From Nitrospinota bacterium (lineage in GTDB: Bacteria; Nitrospinota_A; JADGAW01): a stretch of DNA of 59,515 nt. The stretch's first letter is position 1. Every line of letters begins with the position of its first letter. The notes under the pieces were generated by a model. That model was not told the origin of the DNA, made no database searches, and saw only the letters and a program-made list of their open reading frames with translations. The stretch lies in assembly GCA_015231815.1 (NCBI GenBank), contig JADGAW010000001.1, positions 1-59,515 on the forward strand, read 5' to 3'. Both the position numbers and the translations under genes were made by a program. Shown piece by piece: positions 1-10,174 of this stretch.

Positions 1-286
1 CCTGAAAAAATGTAGTGCCGAAAACTATACTTTAATTTAAGCTAAACCATTGTTTTTAAACAAATATCGCTAAAAAAGTGCCGAACTTGGGTTAACCCCA
101 CCCTTAATATTTATGCTGCGTAGCAAGCAGAGCCTTGCTGCTACAAAAGTGAAATTTATTTGATGGGGTTTGTTGTATAAAATCTTATATAGACAACACA
201 ATATCAATAAAGATTTCTTTAAAAACAATAAATATCACATTTTTTAAATGTACAAAAACAACGAAGGTTTAGAACAGATAAAGGAA

Positions 287-2491
287 TTAAAAGAAGTTGG
301 AGAGACCTTCGTTCCAGTTTTTGAAGGCTGTTTTAATGTCGAGGGAAAGGAAGGTCTTGTCGTTTTTGGTGAAGGTTAGGTTTTGCAAATCGTTTGTTGA
401 GCCAATTTTTGTAAGAGGTATTGAATTGGAATTTGCCAGTTCTTCTATTTGAGATGCATTATTGGTGTCGGCAGTAAAAACAAACCTGCCGGAAACTTCA
501 CCAAAAAGAATAGATTCAAGTGAAAAGTCGTCTAAAGGAAGGTTACTTATTTCTGCTCCAATCAACATGTCTTCAGTAAAGAGTGACGTAAGGAGGGTTT
601 TTATCAAACCGCCAATTGCCACATCATGAACTGCTGTAACAAGCTCTTTATCAACTGCTTCAAGAATAAATTGAATTGTTTGCATTTCCCTCTTTAAGTC
701 AAGTTCGGGAAGCTGACTTCCCACCTGCTTAAAGAAATAACTTGCATATTCAGAGCCGTCAAGTACCTCGGAAAACGTTCCAGTCATGTAAATGTCCTGT
801 CCTGCTTCTGTAAAAAAACTTTTCTTTGCTTTGGTAACATCTTCAATCAAACCCACCATGCCAATTCCGGGAGTTGGATAAATTCCTACACCATTGGTTT
901 CGTTATAAAAAGAAACATTTCCGCTCACCACCGGAGTGTCAAGGGCTATGCAGGCTTCTGTAATGCCTTTAACCGATTCGGCAAACTGGTACATAACCTC
1001 AGGAACTTCAGGGTTACCAAAGTTCATACAGTCTGTTATTGCCAGTGGCTTTGCTCCGGAAGAGGCAATATTTCTTGCTGCTTCCGCTACGGTATGTTTT
1101 CCTCCTTCATAGGGGTTGATAAAACAATATCTGCTCAAGGAGTCAGTTGTTACGGCAACTCCCTTCGTTGTGCCTTTGATTTTGACAATTCCACTGTCAT
1201 TTTCCGGACCGTTAACCGTATCGGTGCCGACCATATAGTCGTATTGACTATAAATACAACGCTTAGAGCATAAATTTACTGAACCGATAAACTCGTAAAT
1301 CCGTTCCTCAAGGTTTTCATCGTTGTTCAGAGGAATATTAATTTTTTCATCCCGAGAATATGCTTTTATTGGTCTGTTAAGAACTGGTGCTGAAGAAACA
1401 AGAGGTTTAATTGGAATGTTCATCACCCTTTCACCTTTGGCAAAACATTCAATTCGACCAGTATCGGTTACTTCTCCGATTTCTGCTTGTGCAATATCCC
1501 ATTTATCAATAATTTCGCTCACGAATTTTTCCATACCTTTTTTAATGACCACCAGCATTCTTTCCTGTGATTCTGAAAGCATAATTTCGTAGGGAGTCAT
1601 ATTTTCTTCCCGCTGCGGCACATTATCGAGATTAATACGAATACCGTTTCCGGCTCTATCCGCCATTTCAATTGAGGAGGAGGTCAGCCCGGCAGCTCCC
1701 ATATCCTGAATTCCTTCTACTGCTCCTGATTCCATTAATTCCAGAACCGCTTCCAGCAAAACTTTTTCAGCAAAGGGGTCACCTACCTGAACAGTCGGGC
1801 GTTTTTCTTCTGTTTCTTCGGTAAAAGAGGCAGATGCCATGGTTGCACCGTGAATTCCGTCCCGCCCGGTTTTTGAACCAATGTAATAAACCTTATTACC
1901 AACTCCACTGGCAGATCCGGTAAATATTTTGTCTTTTTCAACCAAACCAAGGGTCATGGCGTTAACGAGATTATTTCCGTCATACGAAGCATCAAAGAAG
2001 GTTTCTCCGGCAATTGTCGGAATGCCCATGCAATTTCCATAATGCGAAATTCCCGCAGAAACTCCACGGACGAGGTAACCTGTTTTTTGATTACTTTTTT
2101 GTCCAAAGCGAAGAAGGTTGAGGGAGGCTATTGGTCGAGCACCCATGGTAAAGATATCCCGCATAATGCCCCCAACACCTGTTGCAGCTCCTTGAAATGG
2201 TTCAATAAATGAGGGATGGTTATGGGACTCCATTTTGAAAACAATACCTAATCCATCGCCAATATCAACAACTCCGGCGTTTTCTCCGGGACCAAGAATT
2301 ACCTGTTTTCCTTCAGTATGAAAGTTTCGTAAATGAACACGGGAAGATTTGTAGCTACAGTGCTCCGACCACATGACGGAAAAAATTCCAAGTTCGTTAT
2401 AGTTTGGTTTTCTTTCAAGGATTTCGAGGATTTTTTCGTATTCCTCTTCTGTTAATCCGTGTTCTTTAACAACTTCTTTTGTAATTTCCAT
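287..2491 (-). CDS. purL: Phosphoribosylformylglycinamidine synthase subunit PurL (FGAM synthase II)
   Basis: 734-aa ORF. N-terminus '...[18 protein letters not shown]' and the duplicated AIR-synthase-like PurM fold are typical of small PurL. Its start abuts the purQ stop. Confidence 0.95.
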   Translation of the reverse strand: MEITKEVVKEHGLTEEEYEKILEILERKPNYNELGIFSVMWSEHCSYKSSRVHLRNFHTEGKQVILGPGENAGVVDIGDGLGIVFKMESHNHPSFIEPFQGAATGVGGIMRDIFTMGARPIASLNLLRFGQKSNQKTGYLVRGVSAGISHYGNCMGIPTIAGETFFDASYDGNNLVNAMTLGLVEKDKIFTGSASGVGNKVYYIGSKTGRDGIHGATMASASFTEETEEKRPTVQVGDPFAEKVLLEAVLELMESGAVEGIQDMGAAGLTSSSIEMADRAGNGIRINLDNVPQREENMTPYEIMLSESQERMLVVIKKGMEKFVSEIIDKWDIAQAEIGEVTDTGRIECFAKGERVMNIPIKPLVSSAPVLNRPIKAYSRDEKINIPLNNDENLEERIYEFIGSVNLCSKRCIYSQYDYMVGTDTVNGPENDSGIVKIKGTTKGVAVTTDSLSRYCFINPYEGGKHTVAEAARNIASSGAKPLAITDCMNFGNPEVPEVMYQFAESVKGITEACIALDTPVVSGNVSFYNETNGVGIYPTPGIGMVGLIEDVTKAKKSFFTEAGQDIYMTGTFSEVLDGSEYASYFFKQVGSQLPELDLKREMQTIQFILEAVDKELVTAVHDVAIGGLIKTLLTSLFTEDMLIGAEISNLPLDDFSLESILFGEVSGRFVFTADTNNASQIEELANSNSIPLTKIGSTNDLQNLTFTKNDKTFLSLDIKTAFKNWNEGLSNFF

Positions 2492-3178
2492 TTATTTAAG
2501 GGAATTCATAATTGATTGAAAAAAGGGCAAGCCATCCTCGCAACCAAGGAGTTTGCTTGAAGACCTCTCCGGATGGGGCATAAGGCCTAATATGTTTCCT
2601 TTTTTATTACAAATGCCTGCAATGTTGTGCCTTGAACCGTTGGGGTTTGTTTCCCCAGAAACTTCGCCTTTTTTATTTGAGTAGCGAAAAATAATGCTGT
2701 CATTATCCTCAAGCTCTTTTATTACCTCGTCATCTGCATAAAATTTACCTTCTCCATGGGCAATGGGGAAATTCACCACCTGCCCCTTATCGTAACCAGA
2801 AGTAAAGACAGTTGAATTATTCTCAACCTTTAAGTATTGTTTTTGGCAAATAAAATAACCACTGTTGTTATGCATTAAGGCTCCGGGAAGCATATGGGAT
2901 TCAACCAACACCTGAAAACCGTTGCAAATACCAACAACATAACCACCTTTTCCGGCAAAGCTTTTTATTTCGTCAACAATTGGGGAAAATCGTGCTATTG
3001 AACCAGCTCTGAGGTAATCTCCATAGGAAAAACCACCAGGAACAAACACAACATCAATGTTGTTAATTTCCCGTTCTTTATGCCAAAGCCACTGAACATC
3101 ACAGCCCAGCTCTTTCAGTAAGTTATAGGTATCATGATCACAGTTGGAGCCAGGAAAAACCACTACGCCACATCTCAT
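2492..3178 (-). CDS. purQ: Phosphoribosylformylglycinamidine synthase glutaminase subunit PurQ
   Basis: 228 aa with class I glutamine amidotransferase motifs ('GICNGFQ' nucleophile Cys, 'MPHPER'). Directly upstream of purL with no gap. Confidence 0.93.
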   Translation of the reverse strand: MRCGVVVFPGSNCDHDTYNLLKELGCDVQWLWHKEREINNIDVVFVPGGFSYGDYLRAGSIARFSPIVDEIKSFAGKGGYVVGICNGFQVLVESHMLPGALMHNNSGYFICQKQYLKVENNSTVFTSGYDKGQVVNFPIAHGEGKFYADDEVIKELEDNDSIIFRYSNKKGEVSGETNPNGSRHNIAGICNKKGNILGLMPHPERSSSKLLGCEDGLPFFQSIMNSLK

Positions 3179-3245
3179 ATTTTTCTTTCTTCAGGGGGGG
3201 GTAAAAAAGCCCATTATTATAAGGTATTTCCTTGGTAATTTGACC

Positions 3246-4073
3246 TTATTTTATGGACTTAAGATGTTTCATGTTGTCTTTTTCCTTGTCGGGGGGAACA
3301 GGAAACTTTCCGTTATCAATATCAAGCATATATTCTGCAACACTCTTTGAAACAACCTCCTTCATATTGCAATATTGTTTTGCAAAGCCTGGAACATATT
3401 CTGTTAAGCCAATCAGGTCGTTTATAACGAGTATTTGTCCATCTGTGTATGGTCCTGCACCAATACCAATTATAGGAACGGAAATTTCTTTTGCCAGCTT
3501 TTTCCCTAGTTCTGCTGGAATTCCCTCAGCGATAATTGCAAACGTTCCCGCTTCCTCAAGAAGCTTGGCATCAGTTAAAATAGTTTTTGCTTCGGCAGTT
3601 GTTTTTCCCTGGGTTTTGAAACCACCGTATTGTTTTACTTTTTGGGGAGTCAGACCAACATGCCCCATAACAGGGATGCCAAGCTCAACCATATCGTACA
3701 CAATATCTATAACTGCTTCACCTCCCTCAACCTTCACGGCATCAGCTCCACATTCCTGTAAAAAAGAGCCTGCATTCAAAACAGCATCCTCAATTAATCC
3801 ATGGTAAGAAAGAAATGGCATATCAGCTATTACCAAAGCATTTGAAACCGCACTGGCAACAATTCTCGTATGGTACTTCATGTCGTTCATTGTTACCGAC
3901 AGGGTGTTCTGTTTTCCCTGAACAACCATACCGAGGGAATCACCTACAAGAATAATATCCACCCCGGAATCATCAAGAATTTTCGCCATAATGGCATCAT
4001 AGGCTGTCAAACACTTAATTTTTTTCTTTTTACTTTTTTTTTCCTGCAAGGATGGTATGGTAATTTTCTTCAT
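3246..4073 (-). CDS. panB: 3-methyl-2-oxobutanoate hydroxymethyltransferase (ketopantoate hydroxymethyltransferase)
   Basis: PanB-like sequence ('LTAYDA...ILVGDSLGMV..G...T..VT...M.YH', 'VKVEGG'). The ORF extends to 4142, but the ATG at 4073 (MKKITIPSLQ...) gives the usual PanB length. Confidence 0.9.
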   Translation of the reverse strand: MKKITIPSLQEKKSKKKKIKCLTAYDAIMAKILDDSGVDIILVGDSLGMVVQGKQNTLSVTMNDMKYHTRIVASAVSNALVIADMPFLSYHGLIEDAVLNAGSFLQECGADAVKVEGGEAVIDIVYDMVELGIPVMGHVGLTPQKVKQYGGFKTQGKTTAEAKTILTDAKLLEEAGTFAIIAEGIPAELGKKLAKEISVPIIGIGAGPYTDGQILVINDLIGLTEYVPGFAKQYCNMKEVVSKSVAEYMLDIDNGKFPVPPDKEKDNMKHLKSIK

Positions 4074-4166
4074 AATTTTCAGATTATTTTTTAACGAATG
4101 CCTCTTTAAGCGGCGTATATTGTAACAGTTTTGTGGTAACATTTGTGGAAATTTTTCCCGTAAAGC

Positions 4167-6634
4167 ATGAGCATAAAAGAAAAAATCATTAAAGCAGAAA
4201 TAGAGGATGAGTTACAGGAACGCTTTCTCACCTACGCTCTTTCAACCATTATTTCCCGTTCACTTCCCGATGTCAGGGACGGCTTAAAGCCGATTCACCG
4301 CAGAATTCTTTTTGCAATGGGTGAAATTGGACTTAAAAGTACTGCCCGCCACGTAAAATCGGCAAAAATCATTGGAGACGTTCTTGGTAAATACCATCCC
4401 CATGGTGATACCTCTACGTATGATGCAATGGTAAGGATGGCGCAGGATTTTTCCATGCGCTACCAGCTTGTTAACGGAAAGGGAAATTTCGGCAGTATGG
4501 ACGGTGATTCTGCAGCTGCATATCGATACACTGAAGCAAAGTTAACACAAATCACCGACCTTTTTCTTAAAGAAATTAAACAGGACACCGTTACTTTCAG
4601 AGAAAACTACGACAATACCCTTGAAGAACCGGAAGTTCTTCCAACGCAGGTTCCCGGTTTATTATTAAACGGCTCATCAGGAATTGCTGTCGGGATGGCG
4701 TGCTCCTTCCCCCCCCATAACCTGACTGAAGTTTTAAAGGTTGTTATTGCATTAATTAATAACCCAGATTTAGACACCGCTGGAATTATGAAAATTATGC
4801 CCGGTCCTGATTTTCCTACCGCTGGAATTATCATTACCCCTAAAGAAGAGATTAAGGAGATGTACAAGCCGGAAGGGGAAATATTAGAATTAGAGGCAAA
4901 TGGGAAGTTGAGGAGTTAAAGTACGGTAAAAAGCAGTTGGTCATTAATGAAGTTCCCTACGGAGTAAATAAGGCAAAGCTTGCGGAAAGTATTGGCAAAC
5001 TGGTGAACATGAAAAAGCTTCCTCAGATAAGCGACCTTAGGGACGAAAGCACGGAAGTAATTCGCCTCGTCATCGAAATTAAAAGTGATGCAGACCCGGA
5101 TAAAATCATGGCATATATTTCCCGTAACACCGAGTTTGAAAAGACCTTTCCCCTTAACTTTACCTGCATTACCGAGGAAAACAGACCTGAAAAACTTTCA
5201 ATTAAAGGAATATACCTTGCCTTCATTCGTTTCAGGAAAGAAGTCGTAATAAACCGCATTAACTTTGAACTTGGCAACCTGAAAAGAAGAATTCACATCC
5301 TTGAAGGTTTTCTTGCAATTTTCGATGACCTTGATAAAGCAATAAAACTTATTCGCTCATCGAAGAAAAAGAAAGAGGCTAACGAAAAACTTCAAAAAGC
5401 TTTCAGCATTGATGAAGAGCAGGCAAACGCAATTCTCGACATGCATCTCTACTCGCTTGTGGGACTGGAAATTGATAACCTCAGGTTGGAGCATAAAGAA
5501 AAACAGGAGCGGGTTGACTACCTTGAAGGACTTTTAGCAGACGAGAAAAAAATATACGGAATTATGGTGGAGGAATCTGAAGAAATCATTAAAGAGTTTG
5601 GTGATAAAAGAAGAACTGTTTTTGAAGAAGCAGAAACCGTTGAGGTAAGCGATCATGATTTTATTGTTCACGAGGAAGTGACCCTAACCCTCAGCAAAAA
5701 GGGCTGGGTTAAATATATTAAAGGCAGGGTAGAACCAGAAAATCTAAAGTTCAGACCAGATGATGAGCTCGGTTTTTTCCTTTACATTGATACCTCGGAG
5801 CTGGTTTCCTTTATTACCGATGCTGGAAAGCTTTACTCAACAAAAATTGTTGATTTCCCATCAGGGGCTGGCTTTGGCTCTCCCATTCAGTCAATTTTCC
5901 GCTTTGCTGATGGCGAGAACGTTATTTCGATGATTCATGCGGATGCAAAAAACTGTCTGACTACTATAAAGAGAGACATAGCCAACTATATTTCCCATTA
6001 TGGAAAGAAAACCGAATTACTCAAAGGTGACCTCATATATGTAAGAAATGAGAATGAGGAAGGAAATGAAGGAGAAGGAATAGAAGGCTCGCTCTTTAAG
6101 GAAGAAACTAAAGAACAGCCATTACAAAGCACTCTTTACCAAATCCCCTTTGAAAATGACGAGTTTATTCAGGAAAAAGTCAATACTCTTATTGAAGAAA
6201 AAACCATTCAACCAATGATTCTTGCCGTTCACGAAAATGGTAAGGGATTTTGCTTTAATTATAGCCAACTGGGAGAAACAACTAAAACTGGCAGAAAGTT
6301 TTTTAATCTAAAGGATGGTGAAAAACTTGCTTCAGTCATTATTCTCTATCACCCCTATGTTCTCCTTGCAACCGCTGACGGTAAAATGGTCAGGATAAAA
6401 AGTAACGAGATTTCCGTCATGAACGGTCCTGCTTCAGGGGTAATTTTAATGAGAACCGAGGGGGAAAAGGTTGTTCAGGCAAAGGGAGTACCTTTTCTTG
6501 GAGATATCACCGTTTTCTTTAGCAATAACAAAAATAAAGAAATAAAGATTCCTCAAATTCCTCTTAGGCGAAGAGGCGCAAAAGGTAAAAAATGTTTTCT
6601 GGTAAAAAAAGATGTTGATTTCTTAATTAATTGA
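4167..6634 (+). pseudogene. Type IIA DNA topoisomerase subunit A (GyrA/ParC family), interrupted by a 1-nt frameshift near 4869-4872
   Basis: ORF 4167-4919 carries the GyrA N-terminus ('GLKPIHRRILFAM', 'GKYHPHGD', catalytic-Tyr segment 'AAAYRYTEAKL'). Reading from 4871 in the frame of ORF 4937-6634 gives 'GRGNIRIRGKWEVEELKYGKKQLVINEVPYGVNKAKL', the conserved continuation. Together the two ORFs make one roughly 820-aa protein. Confidence 0.85.
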
Positions 6635-6656
6635 GCCACAGAATACACAGAAAAAG
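6633..6656 (+). repeat. Copy of the 'GAGCCACAGAAnACACAGA' motif, overlapping the topoisomerase gene stop codon
   Basis: gagccacagaatacacagaaaaag, compared with the reverse complement of 20795-20820 (agagccacagaaaacacagatggtacagaa): 19/20 identical over the core. Confidence 0.7.
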
Positions 6657-6749
6657 CTTTAAGCCCACTCAATGGGAAAGTGTGAAGGAACTGAATGGAG
6701 ATTTTGAGAGTGGAACACAAAACAATAACTGTTAACTATAAATAAAAAA

Positions 6750-6962
6750 ATGTCATCAATTCTTTTATACAAGATTTTTGTTTTTCTTGTTGGGTTTTTG
6801 CTCTGCCTCTATGTTTTAAGGGTCGGTTTACGACACCGTGCAGCAAAACAACGACACCTTGAGATATTTCATTATGTTTTACTGGTCATTATCGGAAGTT
6901 TTTTTCTCTTCGTTTTGCTTATTCCTATGCCGGATCCGGCGACGATTACTCAACAACAATAG
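6750..6962 (+). CDS. Hypothetical small membrane protein (two predicted hydrophobic helices)
   Basis: 70-aa ORF with two hydrophobic stretches. It has no recognisable family and no clear SD, and it is the only ORF in a 390-nt gap. Confidence 0.3.
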   Translation: MSSILLYKIFVFLVGFLLCLYVLRVGLRHRAAKQRHLEIFHYVLLVIIGSFFLFVLLIPMPDPATITQQQ

Positions 6963-7022
6963 CGTAAATCAAAAAGAGACCGTTCATCAATAATTCTTGA
7001 TGAAGTTCAGCTTGTTATTGTA

Positions 7023-7514
7023 TTACTGATTAACCTGTTGCTCCATAACGTCAACAACGCTTTTGAATTCCTCACGGTTTTTTTCGTTCATTTCCATAAG
7101 GGTTTTGTGGGCTTCAAGGATAAGATCGGCAACTTCTTTTCCTTTTCCTTTAGTGAATTCAACCTCCTTTAAACCATTTTCCTTTAGTGAAGCTTCATCC
7201 ACGATATAAAAAAAATGGTCAAAGCCCATATTAAAGAGTACTACATTTACATCCTCATTATTGGAAATAATTACGGGCTTTTTGAAATTCTTTTTTTGAC
7301 ACCAATTGGCAATCTTTGCAATTAAACCAAGGTTTGTGCTGTCAATATAACTCGTTTCTTTTAAGTCAAGAATATAGGACTCAACCGCTGAGTTGTTAAA
7401 CGCTTTCTCCAGTATTTTATTGAAGCTATTGCCAAGAGTATAGCGAATTTCACCAACCATCTTGACAATGCATTTTTCATTTCTTATTGCATATAAAATT
7501 TGATGTTCCGACAT
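7023..7514 (-). CDS. STAS-domain protein (anti-sigma-factor antagonist-like, RsbV/SpoIIAA type) with a roughly 50-aa C-terminal extension
   Basis: 'DLKETSYIDSTNLGLI' matches the STAS 'DxSxxxxIDSxGLGxL' phospho-Ser region. It lies 39 nt downstream of the SpoIIE-type phosphatase on the same strand. Confidence 0.8.
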   Translation of the reverse strand: MSEHQILYAIRNEKCIVKMVGEIRYTLGNSFNKILEKAFNNSAVESYILDLKETSYIDSTNLGLIAKIANWCQKKNFKKPVIISNNEDVNVVLFNMGFDHFFYIVDEASLKENGLKEVEFTKGKGKEVADLILEAHKTLMEMNEKNREEFKSVVDVMEQQVNQ

Positions 7515-7553
7515 TATGTTTACGCTCTGTTAATAAATTGAGTATCAGAAAAA

Positions 7554-9272
7554 TTATTTTATTCTATCGATAATCATAATAGTTATATCATCGGGAAAAT
7601 GCTCCTTTTCCTTGAGGTGTGTTGCTTCAATAATAGTGGAGACTGAAACATCTTTTTTAGTAACAAGGGTTTTGAGAAAAAGCTCCTTATCCCGTAAAAG
7701 CTTTTGGGGAATTATTTCCAAAATACCATCTGAAAAGAAAACCATTTTAAATGTTTCCGGCAGGTCAAGTTCGAAATTATTATAGTGTGCAAAGTCAAAC
7801 AAACCCAGCGGAACTCCCTTTGTTGTCAATGAGGTTTCTTTTCCATCAACAATTAAGTAAGGATGAGGAAACTGACCCGCATTCGTATAAATCATACTGT
7901 TTTTTTCATTATCAAATATCCCATAAAATACAGCAACATGTTTATCGAGCTTCCTTTGCATGAATTCGACATTTAACTTGGACATAAGTTGTTGAGGATT
8001 AAGAATTGTATTGTCATTCTCATTCTTGAAGTAATGTATATAATTGGAGAACAGCGTTTTTAAAAGTACCGTTACAAATGCCGATGAAACTCCATGACCA
8101 GCAACATCAGCAATATAAAAACCGGTATAACGACTATTTAATTCAAAATAATCGAGGAAATCACCACTAACAAACATCGATGGTTGCAAAAACCGATGAA
8201 ATGTAAAGCCGTTAATTGTCTTTACTTCACGAGGTAGGAGGGAAAATTGAATCATTTTTCCTGCTTCTTCATCCTCTTTTAAAGCCTTTAAAGAATCCGA
8301 GAGTTGGTCGTTACTCAACCTTAAATCCTTTGTTCGCTCACTTATTTTTTGTTCGAGATGTTCGTTGAGGTTTTTTAGCTCAACCTGAGCTTTTTCCCTA
8401 TTTAATCCTTCCTGATATAAGTCCTGATATGAATTTTCAAGTTCTCTTGTACGTGCTTCAACCCGATGTTCTACTTCCTCGTAGGCTTTTTCAAGGGTTT
8501 CCTCAACTTGCTCCCTTTTCCATTCGCTTTTTTCCAGTTTACTTTTACTCCACGCAATACCGACAATACCGACAAACCAAAGAATGATATGTATTATTGA
8601 GAGGTTATATATGTACTTTGTTGAAAGGATTTTTATTTTTGCCAAAGGCACTGAAACGCTTATTCCCCCTCGAATATCACCAACTTTATAACCCTGCTGT
8701 GCATGACAAGTCAAACATCCCTTTTCCACCTTAAGGGGTCGCATAAGACGCAAATACTCTTCCCCATCTATAACTTCCACTGAACTTACCTCAGTTACTC
8801 CTTCTTCAAACTTTTCCAATGCTTTTGTTTCCCATAAATCTGCTTTATTTTCCTTTCGTATTGGATTCAGGCTGGTAATATGCCCTTTGAGTCCAAACAC
8901 CTCCTCTGTCATTTCCAAAACCTGACGTGTCATATAAGCAGGATTCATAAGGGTAAGTTTTTTCCCAGAAGGAGTAGTAATATCCCGCTCAGGGATATGA
9001 GCAAGATAAGGGTTGGGAGGTGTTTTATCGGTTACAGGAACATAAACTCCTTTGTGACTGGTATTCCAACGCCGATAAATAACATCTTTAGAATACGCTA
9101 TCTGAGCCTGAATTATGGCATTCTCAATATCCCGTTCCTTGATCAGATGAAGGTTCCAAAAAAGAGATATAGCAAGGACAACTGTCCAGATAAATGCAAT
9201 ACCCCATACATAGGGGGCAATGTCCAGATAAGTATTCTTAAGTTTTTCTATTTTATAGCTGTCATCATTCAA
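7554..9272 (-). CDS. Sensor phosphatase: N-terminal TM, periplasmic DUF3365-type domain with CXXCH, second TM, coiled coil, C-terminal SpoIIE/PP2C phosphatase
   Basis: 'RRWNTSHKGVYVP...NPAYMTRQ...CLTCHAQQGYKVGDIRGGISVSVP' is the DUF3365 signature, with CLTCH at nt 8703-8717. 'SGDFLDYF...YIADVAGHGVSSA...FSDGI' are SpoIIE motifs. Confidence 0.85.
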   Translation of the reverse strand: MNDDSYKIEKLKNTYLDIAPYVWGIAFIWTVVLAISLFWNLHLIKERDIENAIIQAQIAYSKDVIYRRWNTSHKGVYVPVTDKTPPNPYLAHIPERDITTPSGKKLTLMNPAYMTRQVLEMTEEVFGLKGHITSLNPIRKENKADLWETKALEKFEEGVTEVSSVEVIDGEEYLRLMRPLKVEKGCLTCHAQQGYKVGDIRGGISVSVPLAKIKILSTKYIYNLSIIHIILWFVGIVGIAWSKSKLEKSEWKREQVEETLEKAYEEVEHRVEARTRELENSYQDLYQEGLNREKAQVELKNLNEHLEQKISERTKDLRLSNDQLSDSLKALKEDEEAGKMIQFSLLPREVKTINGFTFHRFLQPSMFVSGDFLDYFELNSRYTGFYIADVAGHGVSSAFVTVLLKTLFSNYIHYFKNENDNTILNPQQLMSKLNVEFMQRKLDKHVAVFYGIFDNEKNSMIYTNAGQFPHPYLIVDGKETSLTTKGVPLGLFDFAHYNNFELDLPETFKMVFFSDGILEIIPQKLLRDKELFLKTLVTKKDVSVSTIIEATHLKEKEHFPDDITIMIIDRIK

Positions 9273-9328
9273 TCGTGAACCCCCGCTTTTGGGACTTTTT
9301 CATTATTTTTCAGAACGATTTTACACCT

Positions 9329-10129
9329 TTATTGCATAAACCGAGATGCGTTCTTAAGGGTTTTTTTAACAAAAACAGAGTCATTTACTTCAGGATTAAT
9401 TTGAACATCCTCTATGTTAATGGTTGTTTTATGACCGTTGGAAAAGTTCTCGACATACATTTTCTTTAACGTCCAAATACCACTTACTTTAATCCAGTCT
9501 TCTTCAAGTTTTTTGAGTTCCTTACCTTTTCTATCGTAAAAAAGAACGGTATATTCTGTTAATTCCTTTTTATCAAGCCAGATGATACGTTTTGAATACA
9601 TATAGTCCTTTTTTTTAGGAATTGCCTCCAACACATAACATTCCTTACCTTTGTGGGTTTCTTCTTTCAGAAGTTTAAAAGTATCCTCTTCTATCTTACG
9701 GTCGCCCATATCATCATAGGTAAGATCCGTTCCCATAAAATAATCTTCCTTATTGTCAGATGCTATTCGTTTAACCTTTTTGAGGGCTGGAAGATAAAGC
9801 CACTGGTCATCGTCTTTGTCAACTTCCGCATAAGACCAGTTGAGAAAACCGGTTTTTCTTATATCAGGTGGTGAAAGAAAGAAAAGAACTGATTTTTCAT
9901 CAATTCCATCCTGTCCTTCATAATCTTTCCAATACCTGATTGTTTCCCTGATTCGTTGTTGTCCTCGTTTGTTTTCCAGAATAAATTTAGTTTTCGCAAT
10001 ACTGGTGTTCCCATCATCTCTTTTATCCCAAACCTGTGCTATTTGCTCTCCGGTTAATTCTCCTGCAAGGGCATGAAAGGGAAATAAAATAAAAAGAGTT
10101 AACGCTAAAGAAGTTTTTATAATATTCAT
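9329..10129 (-). CDS. Outer-membrane lipoprotein-sorting (LolA-like) family protein, secreted
   Basis: Signal peptide, then 'FLSPPDIRKTGFLNWSY...DDQWLYLPALKKVKRIAS...FMGTDLTYDDM', typical of the LolA_like family. Confidence 0.75.
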   Translation of the reverse strand: MNIIKTSLALTLFILFPFHALAGELTGEQIAQVWDKRDDGNTSIAKTKFILENKRGQQRIRETIRYWKDYEGQDGIDEKSVLFFLSPPDIRKTGFLNWSYAEVDKDDDQWLYLPALKKVKRIASDNKEDYFMGTDLTYDDMGDRKIEEDTFKLLKEETHKGKECYVLEAIPKKKDYMYSKRIIWLDKKELTEYTVLFYDRKGKELKKLEEDWIKVSGIWTLKKMYVENFSNGHKTTINIEDVQINPEVNDSVFVKKTLKNASRFMQ

Positions 10130-10174
10130 AATATAAATAAGGGTTAGAAAGTTTACAGGTTAAATGAAAGTCCT

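Noticed and set aside
1-286. Direct repeat 'agtgccgaa' (13-21 and 76-84) and small hairpins (gggttaaccc, gtagcaagc...gcttgctac) downstream of purL
   Set aside because: The repeat is only 9 nt and occurs twice. The hairpins are short or imperfect with no U-tract. The region is cut by the window edge, so there is too little to support a feature.
3194-3201. G8 homopolymer in the purQ-panB spacer, and C8 run inside the topoisomerase gene (4709-4716), as possible phase-variation tracts
   Set aside because: The G8 lies outside any ORF, promoter or SD that I can define. The C8 is read in frame ('SFPPHN') and is not the site of the observed frameshift. There is no evidence of switching from a single sequence.
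3253-3807. 184-aa ORF antisense to panB, and similar long antisense ORFs at 18453-18941, 26071-26511, 36671-37126, 52399-52869 and 25615-26034
   Set aside because: Each lies entirely inside a confidently recognised gene on the opposite strand (panB, ATP-grasp/FMN fusion, vapC, metH, acpP/fabG, hspQ). Their translations are low-complexity, Ser/Pro/Ile-rich and typical of shadow frames.
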